Positions 53,479-64,000 of a stretch of 64,000 nucleotides of DNA are shown here, piece after piece. The position numbers and the translations under genes were made by a program. Origin of the DNA: Octopus vulgaris (lineage: Eukaryota); NCBI GenBank assembly GCA_951406725.2, contig OX597838.1, forward strand, positions 23,746,001-23,810,000, in the 5' to 3' direction. How positions within the stretch are numbered: the first letter of the stretch is position 1; every line of letters begins with the position of its first letter. The notes beneath the pieces were generated by a model. It was not told the origin of the DNA and ran no database searches. It saw only the letters and a program-made list of their open reading frames with translations.

Positions 53479-53712
53479 CAGGGTTTCTCAACCATTTAGT
53501 TCCTATTTTACCGAGATGGATCCTTCTAGCTATTCAACGTTTAAAAAATCATATATTTTTATAATTAAATATTTTTAGGAATTGTATGAAAAAAAAAAAT
53601 TTCTAAAATATTTTGTGAATTGTAGAAGCATAACCAATTTATTGAAAATAAATTTTAACAAAATCTTTTACGGTCCCCAAAGGGCCATACGGACCCTGGC
53701 TGAGAACCACGT
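53479..53712. mobile_element. hAT-like MITE (degenerate)
   Basis: cagggtttctcaacc ... ggctgagaaccac terminal inverted motif; no TSD recognised. Confidence 0.5.
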
Positions 53713-54020
53713 TTGCTCTATATGTTTAAATGTATCATGAATTTTCTAATAAGTGTATGATCAAGGCGTGTATCCACTTTTTTCAAAGAAGTACCCTTTA
53801 GTTGTTTAAATTTTATTCTGTTTATCTCCTTATGGGACTAAGGTCAGTCGCATGATTTGTTTTTATGTTTTCTGTACTCAAAATGTTGAAATCAAAAGGG
53901 AACAACTTGAATTGGTGTCCTTACAAAATGTCTTTACCTCATGTTTGAAGAACCAAATGGACTATTGAACATACAGCAACACCCTCTAGATGTTCAACTA
54001 TATCATGTGTATTTCTTTAA

Positions 54021-54232
54021 CTCTTTAGCATTCAAACCAACTATATCTGGCCCAAATATTCTGTTTTATACTCAAACCAGATCTGGCCTCTCACACCTAC
54101 CCTCCAATGTCATTCTAAAAATATACAACCACATCATTGAAATTTTAAAGCTATCAGTTAATGCATGATTAATTCAAAATAATGTGAATGAATAAGAATT
54201 GCATTTGACAGAGTAATCTCAATGCCAAAGGG
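54021..54232. mobile_element. piggyBac-like MITE (second family; partial copies near 22680 and 12175-12395)
   Basis: TTAA|CTCTTTAGCATT ... AATGCCAAAGGG|TTAA. Confidence 0.75.
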
Positions 54233-56077
54233 TTAAAGGACAGCAATCAAGCCCTTACCATTTATCCATTTATTATAAATTTTTTTTTATTTTTAAGGCT
54301 AAAATATTGGAGTCACAAGGGAAAGATGAAATTGGCCATAAAAAAAAAAAATCAGATCTCTATTATAATTCAGGAAACTTGGTATGCACTGCAGGAATCC
54401 AGCTGTTTTTTTCAAGGGTTTCATTAAATGGAGTATAGGGATCACAGGATTGGGGTTACAGTTTAGTGCTGGCACGGGCAACCTTTTTCAAGAAGCGGGC
54501 CACACGAGACTTGACTCACCGTCAAATGGGCCCTACCACTAAAAGAAATGTTTTTCTCATGAAATTGGTTGTGCCATTTGGAAAGTCCTGCAGGCTGAAT
54601 GTGGCCCCATTGGCCAGTTTGTCAATGACTGGTTTAGTGTAAGTTTCTGAAGATCAGTTTTTTTTTCTTTGCGGGTGAGGAGCAGGAACAGGAGGAGGAT
54701 AAACATGGGTAGCTGTTGTTCTGGAAAGGGGGTTAGTGCAAAGTCTAGTAAGAGGTGGTGGTGGTGACAGATAAGACACAGTGAAGGGAGGAGAGAACAG
54801 AACAGGTAAAACAAGTGAGATTCAGCTGTTCAGTTACTAACGCTGAGAGGAGCAGCAGCCTTTGTTGTGATGGTAGAATAAGATGGAGGAGGGACACGGC
54901 CCAGGGGCAGGCAAACTGTTGAAGGGCGTTTGGTGGGTGAATAGTTTGCTTAGCAGTTTTGATGCCTGCTTTTGCTTTAAGGATGTGGCCCAAAATATGA
55001 ATGTGTGAGTGTATGTGTGTGTGTGTTGGGCTCATTGACCCAGATGTGTGTATGTGTGTGTGTGTGTGTGTGTGCAATACCCTAATTTAGGGTGAACATG
55101 TGCCTAGTACAAATAGGGTCAGGTCAGATTATTTCTGCAGCTGTTCAAAGCTGAAGTAATTATTTTCTATTGGTGGGTGGAAATATACTTAAACAAAATA
55201 AATACATGAATAAATTTTAAAAAAACCCATCATATATCATACAAAAGATTGGATTTAAAGATTTAATTTCTTTATATATATATATATAAATATATATATA
55301 TATATGCATACATGCAGTCAGTTATTTTAGGGTTGGGTAGGAAATGTTTGGAAATGTTTAGATTTTGTTTTATAAGATGTCAATATTTTGATGCTTATTT
55401 TAACAAACAGAAAAATAGCAATTAGATGTCCGTGACTTTGACTTCACAGAAGAGGATGTGATTCGACACTCACGCACTCCTCACACACATGCACAGGCAT
55501 GCAAGCACGCGCATTTACATACACAAACACACGTATAAGTATAAGAAAAACTTGATAGTATGCCGACACGCAATCATAATCTCTGTCCTTCTCACACGTT
55601 CTCTTTGTCGGAAAGGGTGCGGGAGGATATGCAAGCTACTTCAGACAACAGGTAAAAAGTAGCCAGCCAACATTATAAAATAAGTTAAACGCAACACCAA
55701 CAAGCAAAGCCATCCATTATATATAATATATATAATATTAAAAAATAATCATAATAGTAATGATAATAATAATAATATACAGATATAATTTGAAAAATTT
55801 TTTAAAAACAAGAACAAAAAAGAAAAAAAAACAAAACAAACAAAACAAAACTACCCCATCCCCCAAGAAACAAATGAAAGATTGCTAACCCCCATCCCCC
55901 AAACCAAATGATTTATATATCACAACACTTCCAATAAGAAGAAATGAGTTTCCCTCCTCATCTTTATGAAACTACACATTCAGACTTAGGCTGATATATC
56001 TTTGAATATATATATATAAGTGTGTGTGTGTGTGTTTGTGTGCATGTGTGTGTGTGTGTATGTATAGATCCATATAT

Positions 56078-56384
56078 GGGATATGGCACTTTGGTCTAAA
56101 ACACTTTAGTCTAAGACACTTTGGTCTTAAAGCATTTTCGTCTAAAGACACTTTCATCTAAGCATTTTCATCTAAAGACAAAAAGTGTTATTAGAGTATA
56201 GTTATTTAGATCTTTTACATTTGATTTTTGAGATTCTATAGACAAAATAATTGTTAGACCAAAGTGAGTTTAGACAAAAATGTCTTTAGACTATAGTGTA
56301 TTTATACAAAAATCACTTTAGACCAAAGTTCTTTAGACCATGGCGCATTAGACTGAAATGTTTTAGACGATAAGTCCTAGTTCC
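56078..56384. mobile_element. MITE-like element with inverted subterminal repeat arrays
   Basis: Left half repeats cacttt(g/a/c)gtcta; right half repeats tagac(c/g)aaag. Termini gggatatggcac / gtcctagttcc lie within (TA)n. Confidence 0.65.
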
Positions 56385-56899
56385 ATATATATATATATAT
56401 ATATATATACATACAAACACACACATACACACATGTATATATTTATAAAACAAATATAATAAACAATAAAATAACACCATCTCCCTTCCTTGATTTATTT
56501 TTCGCTTTTTTTTTCTTCATTATTATTGTTTTAAATGAGATCTTCAGAATGACACACACATCACTAACTATAGACTGTGTGTGTGTGTTTATCTACATGA
56601 GTGTGTGTTGTGAATGTCGGTATACATGTTTGTGTGTGTATGTTTATGAATATGTATGTATATGTGTGTCTTTTAGTGGCTTTTTTGTGTATGTCTGTAA
56701 ATACAGTGTATATGCCCCTCATATATGCGTGTATACATGAATGTGTGTCTAACATGCATGCTTATGTACATGTGTGTGCTTTAGAGAATTGCATATGGGT
56801 GAGATGATGATGTTTTGAGTAGAATCTGCAGGGACAATATGAGGTAATTGGTGATGAGAGATGGGTGTAGAATGCTGCAAGGAATGGGTGGTAGTAGAG

Positions 56900-57745
56900 A
56901 CAGATGTGTGAAATGTAGGGAGACAGATATGTGTGTAATTTGGAAAGCTGTGTGTGTAATGTATGTGGATAGATGTGGGGGATGTAGAGAGATATTTTGT
57001 AGAGGCAGATAAGGGTGAGGGATGCAGGCAGAGAGATGTGTGAAATGTAGTCAGACAGGTGTAACAGATGTGGGCAGGTAAGTGTCTGTGGGATGTATGC
57101 AGATAGATGTGTGGAAAGTGGGCAGGTAAGTGTGTGAAATGTAGGATGGTTATGCTGTGTGTAAAATGTTGGCGGTTAAGTGTGAAATTCAGACAGATAT
57201 ATGTGTAGGATGTAGGCAGGTAAGTAGGTGTGTGGGATGTAGGTTGATTATTCTGTGTGAAATGTTGGCAGATAAGTGTGAGGGGTGTAGATAGGTGTGT
57301 GGAATGTAGGCAGATAGGTATATGGGATGCAGACAGATAGTTGCGTGGAATGTGGATTGATTATTCTGTGTGGGAATGTGGGCAGATAAATGTGTGAAAT
57401 GTAGGTAGATAAATGTGTAAAATGCAGGCAGATAGGCATGTGGAATGTAGGCAGATAGGTGTGAGAAATATAGGCAGATAGGTGTGTGAAATGTAGACAG
57501 ATAGTTGCATGGAATGTAGATTGATTAATCTGTGTGAGGAATGTAGATAGATAGGTGTGTGAAATGCAGGCAGACAAGTGTGTGAAATGTAGGCAGATAA
57601 ATGTGTAGGATGTAGGCAGATAAGTGTGAGGGATGTAGTTAGATAAGTGTAAGGAATGTAGATTGATTATTCTGTGTGTGGAATGTAGACAGATAATTGT
57701 GTGAAATGTAGGCAGATAAGTGTGTGTGGAATGTAGCCAGATTCT
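56900..57745. repeat. Degenerate minisatellite, about 22-24 bp unit
   Basis: Recurring gtgtg(a/g)aatgtaggcagata(g/a). Confidence 0.85.
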
Positions 57746-58360
57746 GCATAAATGTATATTTTTGAACAGCAGTTCTGAGAACAAAAGATTTAAATGACCC
57801 AAACAGGTGTGATAAAGAAACCTAAACACTCACAGGTTGGGTTTTGGGGTGGTGTGTCTTTTTTGTTCCCTATAGAATTGTACCTTAATGATGCAACCCT
57901 ATCCAATAATGGCCGCCACTTCATTAAATTGAACTGTTACCATGACACAGCTACACGTGTCATAATAATATCATACAAAAACACACATTTACCCGATGGA
58001 TGGGTGAGGAGTAGAGTTGTTGTTGTTGTTAGTGAATTATAAACAGATATCAGGATGGTATATTGGTAGGATTGTTAGAGAACTGGGGGAAAATGCACTG
58101 TGATATTTGCTCTGGTTCATTATACTCCGAGTTCAAACCCCACCACAGTTGACTTTGCCTTTCAACCATAAGGGGTTCAATAAAATTAAATGCCTGTCAT
58201 GTACTGGGGTTGATAGTATTGACTCTGCACCCACTTCTTTCTACATTGCTGGCCTTGTACCTAAATTAGAAATCGTTGTTGCTGTTCTTGTTTTTTGTGT
58301 ATTGATACGCGTGCGTGTGTATGGAGATGTATGTTGATTTGTATAGGGATGAATGTATTG

Positions 58361-58396
<36 letters not shown>

Positions 58397-59029
58397 ATTG
58401 ATGTGCATGTGCACGCGTTTGTGCATGGACATACATGTTGATGAGTATAAGGATGTATATGTTGATGTGTGTGTGTGTGTATTGATGCGTGTATGTGTAT
58501 GGACATATATGTTGATGTCTATAAGGATATGTCAATGTGTGTGTGTGTGTGTGTATGTGGATGTATATGTCGATGTGTGTGTCTGAAATTGTGAATGGAT
58601 GTATATGCTGATGTGTGTGTGTGTGTGTGTGTATGAATGTGTCTGTGTGTGTATGAATGTGTGTGTGTGTGTTGTCTGAAATTGTGAATGGATGTATATG
58701 TTGATGTCTGTGTGTATATATGGACGCATGTATTGATGTGTATAAAGATGTGTGTGTCGTGTGTGTAAATGTATGCAGAGATGTATATATTGATGTTTGT
58801 GAATAGATGTATATATTGGTGTGTGTGTGGAGAGGAATGGGTTGCTTTTGGCCCTTTGAAAAATTAAAAAGTAAAATATCACATTAGGTGAAGTGAAGTG
58901 GGTTGGGGGCATTTAGTGAATGGAATTAAACAGAAAGCTGAACGGGGTAAGAGAGGAGAAAGTTAGGGGTGGGAGGTCAGAGGGTGGGGCTGAGATGGGT
59001 TGGGAGGTGGGTGGCCAATGAAACCAAAC

Positions 59030-61251
59030 CCAGTGCTTGACAGCTACTTCATTTCATCAACCCATAAAGGATGAACGACAAAGTTGACCTCAGCAGGATT
59101 TGAACTCGGAGCAAGGCATTTTTTTTCCCTGACATTCTACCAGCTCACCTGCTTTTTATAATGGCTCCTCATTTAGGCAAAAGGTCAGCAATTTTGAGGG
59201 ATCGGTGTTAGTCAGTACTAATTTCCTCAGTAATTGGATTGGTGCTTTATTTTATCAATCCTGAAAAGATGAAAGGCAACAGTTGACCTCGGCAGAATTT
59301 GAAACCAGAAAGTAAAGAGCCGGAAAAAAGGAAAGAAGGTATTTTTTCTGATGCGCTAATGATTTTGTTAAGTCGCACCTTCATAATGATGCTTTCATAT
59401 TTTGGAATAAAGCCAGTGGTTTTCTGGGGCAGGGACAAGTGGATAACATTGACCCCCATGTTCAACTGGTACTTATTTTAGCAACCCCCCAAAAAATGAA
59501 TGCAAAAGTTGACCTCAGTAAAATTTGAACCTGGAACATATAAAGAAAGGCCTGAAGAAATGCCACTAAGCATTTTGTCCTAATAATAATAATAATAATA
59601 ATCCTTTCTACTTTAGGCAGAAAGCCTGAAATTTTTTTGGGGAAGGGAGCCAGTCAATTAGATCAACTCCAGTACGCAACTGGTACTTATTTTATCGACC
59701 CTGAAGGGATGAAAGGCAAAGCTGACCTCAGCAGAATTTGAAATCAGAACATAGCAGCAGATGAAATACCGCTAAGCATTTCATCTGGCATGCTAATGAT
59801 TCTGCCAACTGGCCACCTTAATAATGATGATAATAATAATAATAATAATAATAATAAAAGCCAGCAATTTCATGAAAGTGGGGTAAGTCAAATACATCAA
59901 CCTCAGTGCATAACTGGTACTTTATTTCAGCAACCCTGAAAGGATGAAGGCAAAGTCCAATTCAGCAGAATTTGAACACAGAACAGAGATAGACAAAATG
60001 CTGCCGAGCATTTTACCTGGCGTGCTAATGGATTCTGCCAGTTTGCTTCCTTAATTGTTTCTGATATAGGCAAAGGCCCATATGAGGAATTACTTGGTAC
60101 CATTATCCTCAGGACTAGACTGATATATTTCATCTTAACCCTGAAAGGATGAGAAGCAAGGTTGATCATGGCAGGATTTGAACTCAAAACGTGAAGATCT
60201 GGAAGAAGTACCACAAGACATTTTGTCCAATGGCTCTAACAATTCTACCAATTCATCGCCCTAGACAACTTTAACAACAATATAGATCAGAAGAGATAGG
60301 GAACTCAGGGGTTAAAGGAGCAGCCAGAAGATGTTGATTAGGGGTTAGTTTTCATCACAGTTTACTTCAGTTTGTTTATATTTTATCAATGTGGAATTTA
60401 AAAAGGTTCCAACAATAAATAATTTTAGGGAGAGAGAGAGAAACAGGTATGTGATGTGGTAGGAAGAGAATAAATATTAGAAAAAGAACACAAGAAAAAA
60501 ATTGTAATCATGATTGCTGTCTAACCCCATCCAGCCCTAGGATACTCAGATGTTATAACTAAAGGTCACCTTGAGGTTATGACTAACGGTTACCCTGAAT
60601 GTTGCAGACCCTTATGACTAAAGATGTTTCAGGATAGACCAACCTGACTCTATTTAACAAAAAAAAAAAGAAAAAAAAAATAGTGTGAGTTTTGAAGAAA
60701 TTTGGTTGCTATTTCTAGCAGGCCAAGAAACCACATAGGGGTTTCCTCGTTGGCTGGCAATGACAATGGCTTTTATTCTTCCTTAGGCCAAAGGCCTAAT
60801 TTTTTTAAGGGTGGGGATCGGTGGGGTAGGGGGTGGGGGGAAGTGATAGGAGAGGTTATGTATAATAAATTCAATCACTGACACTTCTATCACCCTCCAG
60901 TAAATGGTGGGAGCAGGATGGGGGGAGAGGACGAGTATGACAGGATAAAGTTGACCCTGCCCCCCCATCCTGGTGGGATTTTGAACTTTGAATGCACATA
61001 GTGTGAGGTGGAACGAAACTAAATACTTGCAAGAGATCTTAGTCCATCACTGCACTGTTTCTGCCATTGCACCATAAATTGTTGATCCCAGAGGAGTAAA
61101 AAGTAAAATAGACCTCGGAAAGATTTGAACTCAGAAAATAAAGAGCCACAACAAATACCACAAGGAATTTTGTCTGATGCTCTAACGATTAAATTAATCC
61201 ACCACTCACAAAAAATTGATGATGATGATGATGATGATAATAATAATAATG

Positions 61252-61283
<32 letters not shown>

Positions 61284-63030
61284 CCTTTCTGCTATAGGCA
61301 CAAAGCCTGAAATTTGGGGGAGGGGACTAGTCGAGTACATCGACTCCAGCAGTTGACTCTTACTTATTTCATCAACCCAGAAAGGATGAAAGGCAAAGTC
61401 GACCTCAGCAGAATTTGAACTCAGAGCGTTAAAACGGATGGCATGCTGCTAAACATTTTGCCTGGCATGCAAACGATTTGGCCAGCTCGCTGCCTTCGTA
61501 GAAATGATAATAATAATAATCCTTTCTACTAAAGGCACAAGGCCTGAAATTTTGGGGGAAGGGGACTAGTCAATTACATCGACCCCAGTGTTTCACTGGT
61601 ACTTAATTTATTGACCCCCGAAAGGATGAAAGGCAAAGTCAACCTCAGTGGAATTTGAACTTAGAACATGAAGACAGATGTAATACCGCTAAGCATTTCA
61701 CCTGGCATGCTAACAATTCTGCCAGCGCACCACCTTAATAATAATAATAATAATCCTTTCTACTATAGGCACAAAGTTCACCTCGGCAGAATTTGAACTC
61801 AGAATATGAAGACAGATGAAATGCCACTAAGCATTTCACCTGGCATGCTAATGATCCTGCTAGCTTGCCACCTTAATAATAATAATAATAATAGTAGTAG
61901 TAGTAGCAGTAATTTTGTATTTAGACACAAGGCCAGTAATTTGATGGGGTGGAGAGTTAATTGATTACATCACCTCCTGTTCGTGGCTGGTACTTTATTT
62001 TGTTGACCCCCCCAAAGGGATGAAAGATAAAGTTAACCTCAGTGGGGTTTGAACTCAGAATGTCAAGAGGCAAAAGAAATACTGCAAAAGATTTCTTTGG
62101 CACTCTCAACAATTTTGCCAATGTCCACTGACCCTTTAATGGTTTGTGATTTAGGCACAAAGCCAACAATTTCAAGGGGCAGGGTTAGTCAATATCATCA
62201 GCGTAATACCTGACTGATATTTTATTTCATCAACCTCCAGAGTGATGAAAGACAATGTTGACCCCAGTGGGAACCGACCTCAGAACATATAAAGTATTTG
62301 AAGAAATACCACAGAACATTTTCTCCAATGAGCTAGAGATTCTGCTAACCTATTGCCCTAATGGAAATAACAATTCTTTCAAATTTCGGTGCAAGGCTAA
62401 CAAATTTTTAGGGAGAGGGAGACCAGCTGATTACATTGACCCCAGTACTTGACTGGTACTTTATTTTATCACCTCTGGCAGAATTTTAAGTCAGAATGTA
62501 ACTCCGGAAGAAATGCCACTAAGCTAATGATTCTGCCAGTTTGCCATAATAATAATAATAATAATAATAATGACAATGATGATAAGTCTTTCTGATTTTG
62601 GCAGAAGGCCAGCAGTTTTAAGGAAAGAGGATAGCCAAGTACATTAGCCTCAGTGTTCAAATGGTGCTTATTTTATCGACCCTGAAAGGATGAATGGTAA
62701 TGTCGACCTGACAGAATTTGAACTCAGAATGTAAAGCCAGAAGGAATGCTGCTTAGCATTTTGCCCGGCATGCTAACAGTTCTGCCAGCTCACCACCCTA
62801 ATAATAATAATAATCTTTTCTACTATAGGCACAAGGCCTGAAATTTTGGGGCAGAGGGCTAGTCAATTACGTCGACTTCAGTGCATAACTGGTACTTAAT
62901 TTATCGACCCCGAAAGGATGAAAGGCAAAGTTGACCTCGGTGGAATTTGGACTCAGAACATAGCGATGGGCGAAATACCGCTAAGCATTTCATCCAGTGT
63001 GCTAATGAGTCTGCCAGCTTGCCACCTTAA
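59030..63030 (-). mobile_element. Cluster of about 15 co-oriented family A SINE copies and fragments
   Basis: The B-box/body motif recurs about every 200-300 bp, all on the minus strand, mostly joined by (AAT)n. Confidence 0.88.
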
Positions 63031-64000
63031 TAATAATAATAATGATAATAATAATAATAAAAAGAAGAATGATGATGATGAGAAGAATGATGGAAAAAGA
63101 TATAGATTTTGTTATTTGTTTTAAAGGAAGAGAAGAAAGAGAGAAAGACATTACCAAAAAATACACAAACATATTGTTGCTTATTGTTCTTGTTTCCTTG
63201 TGTTTTTTTCCCCATTTGATGTCAAATCAATTAAGACATTCATTTAAAAAAAAAATGATTAAAAAAAAAAAAGAGAAAATGAGATTTTGTTTTTTTCAAG
63301 GTGATAAACAAGTGTAATATTTTAGCAATAGTCAAAGACAATAGATAGAAAGATAGATAGATGGCACTGAATCCTGTCATGTATACAGCTCGTGTGTGTG
63401 TTTGTGTATGTGTGTTGTTTCTCTCTATATATATATAATATGTCAACAGGTAGTGAAGAATGCAGCCAGTCACATCCATACATACACACAACTAATGAAA
63501 GTACATACACCAGTGAATTTGCAGAAGAGTTTCTTTGTTTGTTTGTTTGTTTTGTTGTCCCCGCCACCATATTATATATATATATATATTTCTTTTTTTT
63601 TTTTCCTTTTTTTGAGTTTTTATTTTCACCATTTAACCATTCTAGGGAACAATTTCGAATGAGTCTAAGATTATTATTGATCAGTAAAAGAAAAATTAAA
63701 ACCAATCAAATTGTGATGTGTCGATTTTTCTGTTTTTAACCCTAGATCAAAGGAAGAAAAAACAAAAACAAACCAACAGGTCAGTGACCCTTAAATTGTT
63801 AGATTTAACCTCATCAGAGGGCACCTATATTCGTTTTTCTTTTTTTCGTGGGAGGGGGTGTATCTGTATGGCTTTCATGTATCTGTGTGTTTACATGTAT
63901 GCATAAATGTGTTTAGATGTATATGCATATGTATATACAAAGTCACAGTTTTAATAAATTAATTTCCTTTGCTTTTTAGACAGCAGTGAGTTCCCCCAAA

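Overview
AT-rich, microsatellite-saturated eukaryotic genomic DNA. It is most likely from a cephalopod (Octopus-like), inferred from the repeat landscape and a mitochondrial ND1 insertion that reads best in the invertebrate mitochondrial code. One protein-coding gene can be assembled by hand on the + strand: INO80B (Ies2/PAPA-1 family, C-terminal HIT zinc finger). It has nine phase-compatible GT-AG exons between 11680 and 32172 (about 348 codons), and its first coding exon is unresolved. Almost all ORFs in the supplied track are (TA/CA)n artefacts. The rest of the window is tRNA-derived SINE families, RTE LINE and mariner remnants, a non-autonomous Helitron, piggyBac-like and other MITEs, and minisatellites. 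Most notable: (1) about six complete and three partial minimal type-I hammerhead ribozyme motifs of Penelope-like type, several inside fold-back inverted repeats and one joined to a tRNA-derived head; (2) an ND1 NUMT in the last INO80B intron with a hairpin at its junction; (3) a candidate 20-nt stop/start micro-exon in INO80B. All calls were made by eye; no searches were run.
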